A DNA stretch of 64,000 nucleotides from Desulfomicrobium sp. (GCA_040768745.1 JAXGMI010000001.1:1824001-1888000); one strand, 5' to 3'. Numbered from the stretch's first letter, positions 48,474 to 60,507 are shown. Made by a program: numbers and translations. Notes: a model not told the origin generated them from the sequence alone.

Positions 48474-49591
48474 AGATCACCCAGCGTGAAGTTGCCCGCC
48501 AGCTTCTGAACTTCGACTATGTCCTGCTCGGGGCCGTCATCTGCCTGTCCTCTCTGGGGCTGATCATGGTCATGAGTGCCAGCGGAATCATGGCAGAAAA
48601 GGTTTTTGGGGACAAATACGCCCTGTTCTGGAAGCAGGCTGCGTTCATGGTCGCAGGTTTCGGCGTGCTTGCCGTCACCGCCCGCGCGGACATGCAGTTT
48701 TTTTATCGGCATACCTATATCTGGCTGATATTGGCGGCCATGTTGCTGCTTCTGACCGTTTTCTCGCCCTTGTCGACCAAGGCCGGCGGAGCCAGCCGCT
48801 GGCTGCGGCTCGGTCCGGTATCCATCCAGCCCCTGGAAGCGGCAAAGATCGCTCTGGTCTTTTATCTGTCCTACTTTTTCGCCAACAAACAGGAGATGGT
48901 CAAAACCTTCAGCGTGGGATTCCTGCCACCCATCCTGATGACCGGAGCCCTGTGCCTGCTTCTGCTGCTGCAGCCGGACTTCGGGGGTGCTGTTTTTCTG
49001 GCGGCCCTGCTTTTCCTGATGTGCCTTGTGGGCGGGACCCGGATCATCTTTCTGGGCTCTGCCGTAATGCTCGCGGTGGTTTCGGCCATCTTGCTGGTGG
49101 TCAATTCACCCTATCGATTCCGCCGTTTCTTTGCCTTCCTTGACCCATTCAAGGACGCCCAGAACAGCGGATATCAACTCGTGCAGTCTCTCTACGGTCT
49201 GGGCTCAGGTGGATGGGTCGGCCAGGGACTGGGTGAAGGCAAGCAGAAGCTTTTTTTCCTGCCCGAAGCCCACAACGATTTCATCATGTCCGTGGTTGGC
49301 GAAGAGCTGGGTTTTGTGGGCATCTCATTCATCGTCATGTTGTTTGGGCTGGTCCTGTGGCGAACAGTCGCGATCAGCATCCGGCAGACGTCCATGCATA
49401 ACCGGATCACGGCCTTCGGCATGGGTGCGATCCTGATCATCGGAGGTTTGCTGAACATGGGCGTGGTCCTTGGAGCCATTCCGCCCAAAGGGGTGCCCAT
49501 GCCGTTCTTGAGTTACGGCGGCAGCCATCTCCTGGCTGGTTTTTTCTGTATCGGCGTGCTGCTGAACCTCTCACGCAAGGTCAAGGGATGA
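48470..49591 (+). CDS. ftsW: Peptidoglycan polymerase FtsW
   Basis: [23 protein letters not shown]. Confidence 0.95.
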   Translation: MKITQREVARQLLNFDYVLLGAVICLSSLGLIMVMSASGIMAEKVFGDKYALFWKQAAFMVAGFGVLAVTARADMQFFYRHTYIWLILAAMLLLLTVFSPLSTKAGGASRWLRLGPVSIQPLEAAKIALVFYLSYFFANKQEMVKTFSVGFLPPILMTGALCLLLLLQPDFGGAVFLAALLFLMCLVGGTRIIFLGSAVMLAVVSAILLVVNSPYRFRRFFAFLDPFKDAQNSGYQLVQSLYGLGSGGWVGQGLGEGKQKLFFLPEAHNDFIMSVVGEELGFVGISFIVMLFGLVLWRTVAISIRQTSMHNRITAFGMGAILIIGGLLNMGVVLGAIPPKGVPMPFLSYGGSHLLAGFFCIGVLLNLSRKVKG

Positions 49592-50655
49592 AGCGGCTGA
49601 TCCTGACCACAGGGGGCACCGGAGGCCATATTTTCCCTGCCTTGGCAGTGGCTGAGTCGGTGCGCGCGCTGGTGCCTGAATGTGAGATCCTCTTTGTGGG
49701 TGGCGAACGTGGTCCGGAACGCGAATGGGCGGCAAGGGCCCATGTCGGGTTTGCAGCCCTGCCGGCTCAGGGGGTTGTCGGACGCGGCCTGAAAAGCGCG
49801 GCCACGGCGTGGTGGCTGGGCAAAAGTCTGGTCAAGGCCTGGCAGCTGCTCAAGGCATTCAGGCCCGACGTGGTCCTCGGACTGGGCGGGTACGCGGGAT
49901 TTTCCTGCACCCTGGCAGCGACGTTCATGGGTATCCCTTCGGCCATCCACGAGCAGAACAGCATCCCGGGTATCGCCAACAGGGTTTTGGCCAAACGGGT
50001 GGACCGCATCCTGGTCAGTTTTCCGGACATGGATGCACCGGAATTCAGCGGAGACAATGCCGTCCTGACAGGCAATCCCATCCGCAGGAGCATCCGTCAT
50101 CTTCGGGACGAGCAGAGGGGATCGGGCCGCAACATCCTGGTCATCGGCGGAAGCCAGGGTGCTTCGGCGTTGAACAGATTCATGGTGCGGGAGTTGGACA
50201 GTTTCCGCAGCCAGGGTTTCAAGATCTGGCATCAGACCGGGCAGGATGAAGTCGAAAAGGTGCGGGCCGCCTACGCGGGGAAACATCAGGACGCCCGCGT
50301 GGAAGCCTTCATCGAGGACATGCACGAGGCGTATGCCTTTGCGGATCTGGTCATCTGCCGGGCCGGAGCCACAACCATCGCCGAACTGACGGCAGCGGGG
50401 AAGCCAAGCGTGCTGGTGCCCTTTCCCTACGCCACGCATGACCATCAGCTCAAGAACGCCCGGTTTTTGGAAAAAAACGGGGCGGCCCTGGTTTTCCAGC
50501 AGAGTCAGCTGGAAAACCTCAGCTTGGCCTCGGCCGTAGGCGACCTGTTCGAGGTTCATGAGCGACTGGCAAGAATGGGCCGGGCCGCGCGGGAAATAGG
50601 CATTCCCGATGCCGGGGAGCGGGTGGTCAACGAACTTTTGGCCCTGGCGGCATAG
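49588..50655 (+). CDS. murG: Lipid II GlcNAc transferase
   Basis: [25 protein letters not shown]. Confidence 0.96.
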   Translation: MKRLILTTGGTGGHIFPALAVAESVRALVPECEILFVGGERGPEREWAARAHVGFAALPAQGVVGRGLKSAATAWWLGKSLVKAWQLLKAFRPDVVLGLGGYAGFSCTLAATFMGIPSAIHEQNSIPGIANRVLAKRVDRILVSFPDMDAPEFSGDNAVLTGNPIRRSIRHLRDEQRGSGRNILVIGGSQGASALNRFMVRELDSFRSQGFKIWHQTGQDEVEKVRAAYAGKHQDARVEAFIEDMHEAYAFADLVICRAGATTIAELTAAGKPSVLVPFPYATHDHQLKNARFLEKNGAALVFQQSQLENLSLASAVGDLFEVHERLARMGRAAREIGIPDAGERVVNELLALAA

Positions 50656-50674
50656 GACCGGAGAAAGAATGAGT

Positions 50675-52042
50675 ATGAAATCAAAGATCAAAAGAATTCA
50701 TATGGTCGGCATCGGCGGCGCAGGCATGAGCGGCATCGCGGAAGTGCTGATCAACCTGGGCTACTCGGTCTCCGGCTCTGACTTGGTCAGAAGTCCTGTG
50801 GCGCAGCGCCTGGAATCTCTCGGGGCAGAGGTATCCATCGGCCATGCCCGGGAGAATGTGCGCGACGCCCAGGTCCTGGTCCGCTCTTCGGCTGTACGCG
50901 ACGACAACCCCGAGCTGGCCGAGGCCCGGACCAAGGGCATCCCCATTATTCCCAGGGCCGAGATGCTGGCTGAGCTGATGCGTCTGAAGACAGGCGTGGC
51001 TGTGGCCGGCACGCACGGCAAGACCACGACCACCTCTCTGCTGGCCACGATCTTCATGGAGGCTGGCCTCGATCCCACGGTCATCATTGGGGGACGGCTC
51101 AACGCCTACGGGGCCAACGCCATGCTGGGCCAGGGCCGGTATCTCATTGCCGAGGCCGACGAGTCCGATGGGTCTTTTCTGTGCCTCTTGCCGCGCATGT
51201 CCATTGTCACAAACGTGGACGCGGACCATCTCGATTTCTACAAAAATCTGGATGAGATCCGAAACAGTTTTGTGGATTTCATGAACAGCGTGCCATTCTA
51301 CGGACTGAACGTGGTGTGCGGGGATGACCCCGGGGTGCAGTCCATTCTGCATCGGGTGCGGCGCCCTGTCCTGGCCTACGGCTTCGGGGATGGGAACGCT
51401 TTGAGGGCAGAGATCATCGCCTGCGCTGCGGGATCCCGTTTCAATGTCTTCCGCCACCAGGAGTTCTGGGGTGAGGTTTCCCTGGCACACCCCGGCCGGC
51501 ACAACGTCCTGAACGCCCTGGCCGCTATCGGTGTGGCCATTGAAGCCGGGGTGCCCAGAAAGGACATCATCCGCGGATTGGCCTCCTTTGCCGGAGTGGG
51601 ACGGCGGTTTGAGCACAAGGGCACGAAAAACGGCGTGCTGGTGGTGGACGATTACGGCCATCATCCCACGGAAATCGCAGCCACCCTTGAAACGGCGCGC
51701 CTCTGCTACCCGGACAAACGACTGGTGGTGGCTTTTCAGCCCCACCGGTTCACCCGTACGCAGGCCCTGTTCGGGGATTTCTCCAAGGTTTTCGAAAAGG
51801 TGGACCAGCTGCTGTTGACCGAGATCTATCCGGCCAGCGAGTCGCCGATTCCTGGAGTGAGTGGGCAGAGCCTGGCCCAGGCCATCAGGCAGGTGACCGC
51901 CACACCGGTGCGGTTTTTCGAGGATTTCGGGGCCATGCAGGCGGCACTGCCTGAAATCCTGCGGCCTGGGGACCTGTTTCTGACCCTGGGCGCCGGGAGC
52001 ATCTGGACCGTTGGTCAGAGCTATCTGGAAGGCAAGGAATAA
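50675..52042 (+). CDS. murC: UDP-MurNAc:L-Ala ligase
   Basis: [30 protein letters not shown]. Confidence 0.96.
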   Translation: MKSKIKRIHMVGIGGAGMSGIAEVLINLGYSVSGSDLVRSPVAQRLESLGAEVSIGHARENVRDAQVLVRSSAVRDDNPELAEARTKGIPIIPRAEMLAELMRLKTGVAVAGTHGKTTTTSLLATIFMEAGLDPTVIIGGRLNAYGANAMLGQGRYLIAEADESDGSFLCLLPRMSIVTNVDADHLDFYKNLDEIRNSFVDFMNSVPFYGLNVVCGDDPGVQSILHRVRRPVLAYGFGDGNALRAEIIACAAGSRFNVFRHQEFWGEVSLAHPGRHNVLNALAAIGVAIEAGVPRKDIIRGLASFAGVGRRFEHKGTKNGVLVVDDYGHHPTEIAATLETARLCYPDKRLVVAFQPHRFTRTQALFGDFSKVFEKVDQLLLTEIYPASESPIPGVSGQSLAQAIRQVTATPVRFFEDFGAMQAALPEILRPGDLFLTLGAGSIWTVGQSYLEGKE

Positions 52043-52047
52043 GGACC

Positions 52048-52893
52048 ATGAACGTGGCGGTGATGGGCAAAAAGGTCCGCAGGAACATTCCCAAAAGGAC
52101 CGAACGCAAGAAATCCGTGACCACGGGTGAACTGGTCAACGGGTTTGCCGTGGGCTTCGGACGGACAATGGCCACGGCGGTGCAGTGGGCCTTCATGCTC
52201 GCCTTTCTTGGGACCGTGAGCTTCGGCATTCTTTATGCCTATCGTTGGGTGACCACCCATGAATTTTTTGCCCTGCTCAACCTCGATATCCGCGGCGGTC
52301 AGCGTCTGAATGCGGAGGAAATCGCCAATCTCGGCGGCGTGAAGCAGGGCAGCAACGTTCTCGGCATAAATATCGCCGACGTGCAGAGCCGGATCGAGGC
52401 CTGCGAATGGGTGGAACGTGTTTCCGTGACGCGCATTCTGCCCGACGGACTGGCCATCGAGGTCAAGGAGCGGGAGCCCGCATTCCTGACCAGGCTCGAA
52501 GACCAGCTCTACTATGCCGATATCAATGGGCAGCCCATCGTGGCTGTGGGAGTGGACAAATTCATTTCCCTGCCACTGCTCGAAAAGGAGGATGGCGTGC
52601 CGGTGGGAGCCGGAATTCGCACCTTGCTGGAAGAAATCACCCGCAATGCCCTGCCTTTCGGTATGAGCCAGATGGCCTGGATCAGGCAGGACAGCGCGGA
52701 ACAGTTCAGCCTGTTGTTGGAGAAGCCTCAGGTTCTTGTGCAATTGGATGGTACGGATCTGCATGCCACGTTGGCATGTCTGATCAAGCTTTGGGCCGAC
52801 CTGCAGGACCGGAACGAACTGGATCATGTCGCATTCATGTTCGTTATGCCGGGCCGGGCATGGATCAGACTCAACGCGGATCAAACACTCTAG
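52048..52893 (+). CDS. ftsQ: Cell division protein FtsQ
   Basis: TM helix plus POTRA-like WVERVSVTRILPDGLAIEVKER; located before ftsA. Confidence 0.85.
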   Translation: MNVAVMGKKVRRNIPKRTERKKSVTTGELVNGFAVGFGRTMATAVQWAFMLAFLGTVSFGILYAYRWVTTHEFFALLNLDIRGGQRLNAEEIANLGGVKQGSNVLGINIADVQSRIEACEWVERVSVTRILPDGLAIEVKEREPAFLTRLEDQLYYADINGQPIVAVGVDKFISLPLLEKEDGVPVGAGIRTLLEEITRNALPFGMSQMAWIRQDSAEQFSLLLEKPQVLVQLDGTDLHATLACLIKLWADLQDRNELDHVAFMFVMPGRAWIRLNADQTL

Positions 52894-52931
52894 GGAAAGC
52901 ATGCCGGCTGTGCCGGGAGACGAGGAGGAAC

Positions 52932-54158
52932 ATGGCCAAATCTGAATTGATCGTCGGTCTGGATATCGGAACGACCAAAATATGCGCTGTCGTCGGGGAA
53001 GTGGGCACCGACGGGGTCGATATCATCGGTATTGGGACCAGTCCGTCCACGGGTCTGCGCAAGGGTGTGGTAGTCAATATCGAGCAGACGGTGCAATCCA
53101 TCAAAAAGGCTCTGGAAGAGGCCGAGCTCATGGCCGGCTGCGAGATCCGCTCCGTGTACGCGGGCATCGCCGGCAGCCACATCAAGGGATTCAACAGCCA
53201 CGGCGTCATCGCGGTCAAGGGTGGCGAGGTCACTGCCCGAGACATCGAACGGGTCATTGACGCGGCCAAAGCCGTGGCCATTCCCCTGGACCGGGAAGTC
53301 ATCCACATCCTGCCCCAGGAATACATTGTCGACGACCAGACGGGCATCGCCGATCCGTTGGGCATGGCCGGCGTGCGGCTGGAGGTGAAGGTGCACATCG
53401 TCACCGGGGCGGTGACCAGCGCGCAGAACATCGTCAAATCCTGTCACAAGTCGGGCCTTGATGTGGAAGACATCGTTCTCGAAGCCTTCGCCTCCTCCAA
53501 GGCCGTGCTGACGGATGAAGAGCGCGAGATCGGCGTGGCCCTGGTGGACATAGGTGGCGGGACCTCGGATCTGGCTATTTTTCATGGCAATTCCATCAAG
53601 CATACCGGAGTCATCGCCCTGGGTGGGACCAACCTGACCAACGATATCGCTTTTGGTCTGCGCACGCCCACCCAGGCTGCGGAGAAAATCAAGATCAAGT
53701 ACGGATGCGCTCTGGCAGAACTGGTCCGCAAGGATGAGATCATCGAGGTTCCGAGCGTGGGCGGCCGCGAGCCGCGCAAGCTGAGCCGGCAGGTTTTGGC
53801 CGAGATCTGCGAGCCGCGGATGGAGGAGATGCTGGCTCTGGTCGATCAGGAGCTGATCCGATCCGGATTCAAGAAGCTCATTGGAGCGGGCGTGGTGCTG
53901 ACTGGTGGCGCTGCACGCATCGAAGGCATTCAGGAACTGGCCGAACAGGTCTTCAATCTGCCGACCAGGATGGCCTCGCCTACCGGAGTGGGCGGGCTCA
54001 AGGATGTGGTGGACAGCCCCATGTACGCGACAGCGGTGGGACTGCTCCTTTATGGCGCGGAAAAGCACGGTCGGGACAACAAGATCCGCATCCGCGACAA
54101 GAACATCTTTCAATCCATCCTGGCGCGCATGAAGAAATGGTTCGTGGACATCAGCTAG
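52932..54158 (+). CDS. ftsA: Cell division protein FtsA
   Basis: GLDIGTTKI, DIGGGT, LTGG; RBS GAGGAGG. Confidence 0.96.
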   Translation: MAKSELIVGLDIGTTKICAVVGEVGTDGVDIIGIGTSPSTGLRKGVVVNIEQTVQSIKKALEEAELMAGCEIRSVYAGIAGSHIKGFNSHGVIAVKGGEVTARDIERVIDAAKAVAIPLDREVIHILPQEYIVDDQTGIADPLGMAGVRLEVKVHIVTGAVTSAQNIVKSCHKSGLDVEDIVLEAFASSKAVLTDEEREIGVALVDIGGGTSDLAIFHGNSIKHTGVIALGGTNLTNDIAFGLRTPTQAAEKIKIKYGCALAELVRKDEIIEVPSVGGREPRKLSRQVLAEICEPRMEEMLALVDQELIRSGFKKLIGAGVVLTGGAARIEGIQELAEQVFNLPTRMASPTGVGGLKDVVDSPMYATAVGLLLYGAEKHGRDNKIRIRDKNIFQSILARMKKWFVDIS

Positions 54159-54232
54159 GCAAAGGGGAAGTTGGGCGGGTCGGTCAAACCGACGACGGAG
54201 TCTGGGATCAACGTCAACGATGAGGGGGAAGT

Positions 54233-55489
54233 ATGGATTTCCTGGAAATTGAACGCGAAGACAACGCTTTGATCAAAGTCATCGGCATAGGTGGCGGCGG
54301 CGGAAATGCGGTGAACAACATGATCAAGGCTGCCATGCAGGGCGTGACCTTTATTGCGGCCAACACAGACATGCAGGCCCTGAAGCATTCCAAGGCCGAA
54401 TACAAGATCCAGCTGGGGGACAAGCTGACCAAGGGTCTGGGAGCCGGGGCCAATCCGGACATGGGCCGGGATGCGGCCCTGGAGAGCCAATCGCAGATCC
54501 GCGACGTTCTGGGTGACTGCGACATGGTTTTCGTCACGGCGGGCATGGGAGGTGGCACCGGCACCGGAGCCGCCCCAGTCATTGCCCAGGTGGCCAAGGA
54601 TATGGGCGCACTGACCGTGGCTGTGGTGACTAAGCCCTTTTTCTTCGAGGGCAAGCGCCGGCAGCAGCAGGCTGAGCGGGGCATCAAGGAACTGCGCGAG
54701 ATCGTGGACAGCATCATCACCATCCCCAACGACAGGTTGCTGACCCTGGCGTCCAAGAAGGCTTCTTTCGTGGATATGTTGGCCAAGGCCGACGAGGTCC
54801 TCTTCCACGCGGTGAAAGGCATCTCCGATCTGATCATGGTCCCCGGGCTCATCAACCTGGATTTCGCGGACGTCAAGGCGGTCATGGAAGAGATGGGACT
54901 GGCCATGATGGGCACGGGCATCGCTTCAGGCGATGGACGCGCACGCGAGGCGGCCCTGAAGGCCATCACCAGCCCGCTGTTGGAGGATGTGACCATTGAC
55001 GGCGCCAGGGGCGTGCTCATGAACATCACCTGCGGGCCGGATCTGACCATCGAAGAGGTCAGCGAGGCCGCCAGTATCGTGCACGAAGCCGCGCACGAGG
55101 ATGCGAAAATCTACTTTGGCACCGTCTTTGACATGGATTGTGTGGACGAAATGCGCATTACCGTCATTGCCACGGGCATCCAGGACGGCAATATCCCGGT
55201 GGAGAAGGGTGGCAAGGTTACGGCTTTCGCACCGGCCTCGGGATCAGGCTCTGCCCGCCAAGAAGAAGGGTCCACGCTGATCCGGCCACAGAGGCGGAAG
55301 ATCACGGTCAATGAAACAACGGATCTGAGCGTGCCCGCCTATTTGCGCATGGGCAAGGGGCAGCCGGCACTGGATGAACGCCGCATGGAGTCCAGGGTAC
55401 GGTGCGTGAACGGCGCCGATGATGCGGAATTCCTGTTTGATGAGGAGGAATTCGAAATCCCGTCGTTCATCAGGAAGCAGGCGGATTAA
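54233..55489 (+). CDS. ftsZ: Cell division protein FtsZ
   Basis: GGGTGTG tubulin signature; C-terminal EIPSFIRKQ. Confidence 0.98.
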   Translation: MDFLEIEREDNALIKVIGIGGGGGNAVNNMIKAAMQGVTFIAANTDMQALKHSKAEYKIQLGDKLTKGLGAGANPDMGRDAALESQSQIRDVLGDCDMVFVTAGMGGGTGTGAAPVIAQVAKDMGALTVAVVTKPFFFEGKRRQQQAERGIKELREIVDSIITIPNDRLLTLASKKASFVDMLAKADEVLFHAVKGISDLIMVPGLINLDFADVKAVMEEMGLAMMGTGIASGDGRAREAALKAITSPLLEDVTIDGARGVLMNITCGPDLTIEEVSEAASIVHEAAHEDAKIYFGTVFDMDCVDEMRITVIATGIQDGNIPVEKGGKVTAFAPASGSGSARQEEGSTLIRPQRRKITVNETTDLSVPAYLRMGKGQPALDERRMESRVRCVNGADDAEFLFDEEEFEIPSFIRKQAD

Positions 55490-55537
55490 ACAGGCCGCAT
55501 TCTCTTCCACCGGGGCGCCAGCGCCACAGGAGGGGCT

Positions 55538-57196
55538 GTGTCCGAGCTGTATTTTGGGCGAACAGTCCCGCCGTTGAAGGAATGGGGGGGCCGCCTGCCC
55601 GTGGCTCTGGTTTTTCCTGAGCCTGCGGAGCATGGCCTCTCCACCCTCGGGTGGCAGGTGGTGTACCGGCTTCTCGCGTCCCGCGAGGATCTGGCGGTGG
55701 AACGTTTTTTTTGGGATCCCATTCCCCCGAGGCCCAGGTCCGTTGACTCCGGACGCGACCTGGGCCTCTTCCCCCTTGTGGCGTTCAGCCTCAACTTCGA
55801 AGGCGATTTCCCCGCGGTGCTGCGCATGCTCGGTGATGCCGGCATCGCGCTGAAGGCAGAGGACCGGCCGGAATGGCCCCTGGTCCTGGCCGGCGGGCCA
55901 TTGACGTTCCTCAATCCTTTTCCGGTCCTGCCGGCCTTGGATTGCCTCTTTGTGGGCGAAGCCGAAGCCGGGCTCTCTGCCATGGTCGATCGGGTGGCGG
56001 CAGCCTGGATCAAGGGAGAGGAAAAGGCCACGGCCCTGGATGCGATTGCCCATCTTCCGGGGGTGCTCGTCCCGGGAAAAAGTCGGCTGCCGGTGCGGCG
56101 ACAGGTCTGCGTGGAAGGAGATCTGATCCTTCGCAACCCCGGTTTCTCCTGTTTCGTCAGTTCCGAAGCCCAGTTCCGGGACATGCTTCTGCTGGAGGTC
56201 AACCGGGGCTGCCCCTACGGATGCAGGTTCTGCGCGGCAGGGAGCATCTACAAGCCCCCACGCCACGCGGAGATGGCCCGTCTGCAGGAAGTTGTGCGTT
56301 TGTGCGCACCGCACAAGGTCGGCCTGGTGGGTACGGCCTTGACGGACTGGCCGGACCTGCTGCCCTTTTTGCGCTGGCTGGAGGAGCGCAAGATCAAGTT
56401 CTCTCTCTCCTCACTGCGCGCCGACGGGCTTGATGACGAACTGCTCGAGTTCTTGCGACGTACCGGCACCCGCTCGGTGACCCTGGCCCTGGAAGGAGCC
56501 AGCGCACGGCTGCGATCCGCCATGAACAAACATTTCTCGGAAGAAGCCTTTCTGGACGCGGTGCGGCGCATCAGTCGCCTGCAGTTCAACACCCTCAAGC
56601 TGTACATGATCACAGGCTGGCCGGATGAAAAAGAGGAGGACTGGGTCGAGTTCGAGGAATTCCTGGGGCAAATCGACGAGGCCAGACGCCAGGGGCAGGG
56701 TATGAGAAGAAAGGGAGTGGATCTCATCTCCCTTTCCGCCAGCTGTCTGGTGCCCAAGGCCTGGACCCCACTGCAGTGGGCCGGGGTGCACGACGAGGAC
56801 TGGATCAGGCGGGCCATGAAGCGCCTGAAAACTGCCGCAGCCCGTTTCAGGGGAATGCGCTTTACCGGGGAAAATCCGGGTCAGGCACAGGTGCAGGCCT
56901 TTCTGGCCCGAAGCGGAGAAGAGATATTCCCCTTTCTGGAACGGGCTGCGCAGGTCGGTCTCGCTGCTGCGAGCCGGGAATGTGCGGCCACCATCAGGGA
57001 AGCGCTGGCAAAGAATCCTGACAAGGACACGGTGTTCCCGTGGGAGCGCCTGGATGTCGGGGTGTCCCGGAAATTTTTGTATGCGGAATGGAAAAAATAT
57101 GGCCATGCCCTGCTGACCCCTCCCTGCCCGGACAGCGGGTGTCAGGGGTGCAGGCTGTGTGGAATGGATGCCTTCCTGGCTGGATCCCCGCGATAA
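55538..57196 (+). CDS. Radical SAM protein
   Basis: RGCPYGCRFCAA (CxxxCxxC); C-terminal CxxCxxC. Confidence 0.88.
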   Translation: MSELYFGRTVPPLKEWGGRLPVALVFPEPAEHGLSTLGWQVVYRLLASREDLAVERFFWDPIPPRPRSVDSGRDLGLFPLVAFSLNFEGDFPAVLRMLGDAGIALKAEDRPEWPLVLAGGPLTFLNPFPVLPALDCLFVGEAEAGLSAMVDRVAAAWIKGEEKATALDAIAHLPGVLVPGKSRLPVRRQVCVEGDLILRNPGFSCFVSSEAQFRDMLLLEVNRGCPYGCRFCAAGSIYKPPRHAEMARLQEVVRLCAPHKVGLVGTALTDWPDLLPFLRWLEERKIKFSLSSLRADGLDDELLEFLRRTGTRSVTLALEGASARLRSAMNKHFSEEAFLDAVRRISRLQFNTLKLYMITGWPDEKEEDWVEFEEFLGQIDEARRQGQGMRRKGVDLISLSASCLVPKAWTPLQWAGVHDEDWIRRAMKRLKTAAARFRGMRFTGENPGQAQVQAFLARSGEEIFPFLERAAQVGLAAASRECAATIREALAKNPDKDTVFPWERLDVGVSRKFLYAEWKKYGHALLTPPCPDSGCQGCRLCGMDAFLAGSPR

Positions 57197-57319
57197 TGCA
57201 GGTGCGGGTCTGGTGACGTTTTTTTGCGGGTCGGGGCACCGGGGCGGGACAGATCCGGGACGGAGCCCGGGCCATCCACGCCTGGAAACGGGGGGGTATG
57301 TTGTCAGACAAGCCGGCGG

Positions 57320-58237
57320 TCAGAGGCTGTAGCGGTCGCGGAGACGATGTTCCAGCCTGGCAGCGGCCAGGGAGCAGGTGAAGGTCAGGGCGAAATAGAG
57401 CAGCGCCACGCAGGTCCAGACTTCAAAGGTCAGATAGGTCGTGGCCATGAGCTGGGATCCCTGAAATGTCAGCTCTTGGATGGAGATGACGGAAACGATG
57501 GCGGAATCCTTGATGGTGGAGATGACCTGCCCGGCCAGGGGAGGCAGCATGGTCCGGACGGCCTGGGGCATGATGATGTGCACAAGCATCGGACCGCGCG
57601 GAAATCCCAGGGCCTTGCCGGCCTCCCATTGTCCGGCGTCCACGGACCGGATGCCGCCACGCACGATTTCAGCCATATAGGCCCCTTCGTACAGCCCCAG
57701 GGTGATGGTGGCAGTGAGGAACGCATCGATCTGGTCCACATGTCCAAGCAGGAATGTCGCCCCCTGCTTGATCCATGGGGGGGATGAGCGCACCGCATCC
57801 TGCAGGCCCAGGGACGGGGTGATCTGCTCTGCCAGAAAGAAATAACAGAGAAAGACGAGGACCAGGGGAGGGAGGTTCCGGCACAACTCGACGTACGTGC
57901 CGCTCACGAGGCGAAGGTAGAGGCTTGGACTGCTCCGGGCCAGTCCGGCGCAGCATCCCAGGAAAAGGGCCAGAAGGGAGGACCAGCAGGTCAGACGGAT
58001 GGTGGTCAGGAGACCTTGGAGCAGGAGGCCAGGGTGCCCGTCGGGGCGAAGGATGTACTGCCAGAGGGTACCCCACTCCCAGGCATAGGCACCCAGTCCG
58101 CTCGCCCGCCAGACAACGACCCCGACGCTGGCCGTGAGCAGGGCAAGGAGGATGATGTCCAGCCTGGCCAGCCTGGGGCCAAGGCGATGTGGAGCCCGGA
58201 AGACGCCATTGGGTTCCGGGCATCCTGGGCGGATCAC
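57320..58237 (-). CDS. Polar amino acid ABC transporter permease
   Basis: RNLPPLV, AEIVRGGI, IKDSAIV; GTG start overlaps the upstream TGA. Confidence 0.88.
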   Translation of the reverse strand: MIRPGCPEPNGVFRAPHRLGPRLARLDIILLALLTASVGVVVWRASGLGAYAWEWGTLWQYILRPDGHPGLLLQGLLTTIRLTCWSSLLALFLGCCAGLARSSPSLYLRLVSGTYVELCRNLPPLVLVFLCYFFLAEQITPSLGLQDAVRSSPPWIKQGATFLLGHVDQIDAFLTATITLGLYEGAYMAEIVRGGIRSVDAGQWEAGKALGFPRGPMLVHIIMPQAVRTMLPPLAGQVISTIKDSAIVSVISIQELTFQGSQLMATTYLTFEVWTCVALLYFALTFTCSLAAARLEHRLRDRYSL

Positions 58238-59040
58238 TTGATTTTCGATTCCCAATCCACAGTCGTGAACCAGTAGGCGTATCGTTCAGCCAGCCAGCCA
58301 TCGGATTCGACCACCAGCACCCAGTTGTTCACATAGTTCAGAAAATCCACGTCTCCCTTGCGGATGGCAAATCCAATGGGCTCCTTGGTGAAGGTCTTCC
58401 CGCCCAGGGGCAGATAAAGGGCCTTCGGGTTCCGGGCGGCCTGGTGCTCCGGAAAGGGTGCCGAGGCGACCATGGCATGGGCTCGGCCGTTGAGCACTTC
58501 CTGCAAGGCCTGGGCCTCGTCGTCGAACATGCGCAAGGTGGCCAGGGGCATGTGCTTCTTGGCTGCTGCCACGGAAGTTGCACCGGTTTTGACGGCCAGG
58601 GTCACATCGGCTTTGTTGAAGTCGGCCAGGCTGGAGAGTCCCGGTGCGGCGGTCGCGCTGGCCACCATGGACATGCCGGAAAATTCATAGGGGGCGCTGA
58701 AGTTCACCTTCAGGTTGCGGCTGGGCAGAATACCCATGCCGCCGATGATGATGTCGAATTTGCCCGTCAACAGGGCCGGAATGATGCCCGACCATTTGGT
58801 GGGCACGAATTCGACCTTGACACCCATGTCTTCAGCCAGCCGCCTGGCCACGTCAACTTCAAATCCGATATATTCCCCGTTCTTGTCCTTCATGGCCCAG
58901 GGCACGAAGGTGTCGAACCCGACGCGAAGGACACCGCGCTCCAGAACGTGGTCCAGGACGCTCTTGTCGGCAGCATGGCCATGGACGGACAGTCCGCTTG
59001 TCAAAAGGATACAGCAAAGCAGGGCAAATACTCGGAACAT
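58234..59040 (-). CDS. Polar amino acid ABC substrate-binding protein
   Basis: Signal peptide; GVLRVG, GFEVDVA, WSGIIPALLTGKFD. Confidence 0.92.
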   Translation of the reverse strand: MFRVFALLCCILLTSGLSVHGHAADKSVLDHVLERGVLRVGFDTFVPWAMKDKNGEYIGFEVDVARRLAEDMGVKVEFVPTKWSGIIPALLTGKFDIIIGGMGILPSRNLKVNFSAPYEFSGMSMVASATAAPGLSSLADFNKADVTLAVKTGATSVAAAKKHMPLATLRMFDDEAQALQEVLNGRAHAMVASAPFPEHQAARNPKALYLPLGGKTFTKEPIGFAIRKGDVDFLNYVNNWVLVVESDGWLAERYAYWFTTVDWESKIK

Positions 59041-59056
59041 GAAACCTCCAAAAAGT

Positions 59057-59839
59057 TTAGACCCGCTCCATCGTCCTGGCCAGGGACGAGAGCAGAAGCG
59101 TGAAGACGAGATATATGGCCGCCACGGTGAACCAGACTTCAAAACTGAGGAACGTCTCGGCCACGATGGCCTGTCCATGCATGGTCAGATCAAAAATGGC
59201 AATGGTGGAGACCAGGGCCGAATCCTTGATGAGGGACACGCCCTGGCTGGTCAAGGGCGGAAGAACATGGCGCAGGGCCTGGGGCAGAATGACATGCAGG
59301 TAGACATCCACGGTGCGCATGCCCAGGCTGAGGGCCCCTTCCCATTGGCCTTTGGGAATGGCCAGGATACCGGCCCGGATCACTTCCGACGCATAGGCCC
59401 CCTCGAACAGGGCGAGGGCAAGTACTGCGGCCGCCAGGCGGTTCAGATCGAAAAGAGGGCCGAGGACAAAATAGATAAAGAAAATCTGAACCAGCAGGGG
59501 TGTATTGCGGATCACTTCCAGATAAGTCCGGGCCAGCGCACGCCCGACAGTGGATCGAGACAGCCGCAGCAGGGCCGTGGCAAGTGCCAGGATGGACGCC
59601 CCCACAAAACCCATGGCGGAAATCAGCAGCGTCATGCCTGCACCCTGCAGCAGGGGCCCGGGTCCCCCGTCAGGGGCAAGAAGGTAGCGGGGGATGCGGA
59701 ACCATTGCCAATTATACCCCATGTTTTCAGCGCCACGCAACACGGCCCACGCCAGTACGGCCATGGTCATGGCGTAGGCCAGCACGGAACAACAAGTGCC
59801 ACAGGGACCGCGGGGTCGAAAAAGACGTAGAAGCGACAT
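59057..59839 (-). CDS. Polar amino acid ABC transporter permease
   Basis: IRNTPLLVQ, SEVIRAGI, IKDSALVS. Confidence 0.92.
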   Translation of the reverse strand: MSLLRLFRPRGPCGTCCSVLAYAMTMAVLAWAVLRGAENMGYNWQWFRIPRYLLAPDGGPGPLLQGAGMTLLISAMGFVGASILALATALLRLSRSTVGRALARTYLEVIRNTPLLVQIFFIYFVLGPLFDLNRLAAAVLALALFEGAYASEVIRAGILAIPKGQWEGALSLGMRTVDVYLHVILPQALRHVLPPLTSQGVSLIKDSALVSTIAIFDLTMHGQAIVAETFLSFEVWFTVAAIYLVFTLLLSSLARTMERV

Positions 59840-59878
59840 GGAAGGAGGGCGGCCCCTTTGGACAGGGCCGCGGTGTTC

Positions 59879-60322
59879 TTATTCCTGGGGGCGGATGGTC
59901 ATGACCGGCACTGTGGCGGTTTTGACGACTTTTTCGGCCACGGACCCGAAAAGCAGGCGGTTCAGTCCCTGACGGCCGTGGGTGGCCATGATGATCATGT
60001 CCGCCTTTTCGGTCTGGGACAGATTGACGATGGAATCCGCAGCGTCGCCGCTGACGACCTTTCCTGTCGCCTTGACGTCAGGGAAGTGCTTGGCCACGAA
60101 GTCGGCCATGGTCTTTTCCGCCCCGCTGACGATGTCGCCCACCAGTTGCGGAAGCGATGCGGCGGGGAGGTCAAAAATCTCATACTGGATCATGGATGGA
60201 GCCACATAGACGACGAGGACCTCTGCATCGAATTTGAGGGCGAACTCCCGTGCCGCCTCGGCGATGGCTGTGCTGTTTTCAGAAAAGTCCACTGGGCACA
60301 GAATCTTGGTGAACATTGACAT
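59879..60322 (-). CDS. Universal stress protein
   Basis: ILCPVDFS, MATHGRQG..FGSVAEKVV. Confidence 0.93.
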   Translation of the reverse strand: MSMFTKILCPVDFSENSTAIAEAAREFALKFDAEVLVVYVAPSMIQYEIFDLPAASLPQLVGDIVSGAEKTMADFVAKHFPDVKATGKVVSGDAADSIVNLSQTEKADMIIMATHGRQGLNRLLFGSVAEKVVKTATVPVMTIRPQE

Positions 60323-60507
60323 AGGTTTCCTCCTGGCAGGCTTTGGATCTCTGGTGGAATGAAAGCAAAAAAATCATAGCACACCTGCGAATCATGGCAA
60401 GTTCGTCATTCCAATGGACAACCAGGGGCCTCCGGGGTCGGACACGGTCAGGTTTTCGTCAGCGTGATCCGCAGCGATGGCCGCGCGGGGCAACGGCTTA
60501 CTCAGGA

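Noticed and set aside
52407..52931. 175-aa N-terminal extension of FtsA in the ORF track (similar extensions on murD, ftsW, hcp, rnk, mraZ)
   Set aside because: Extensions overlap upstream genes or regulatory DNA; downstream ATGs match family N-termini, most with a clear RBS or stop/start overlap.
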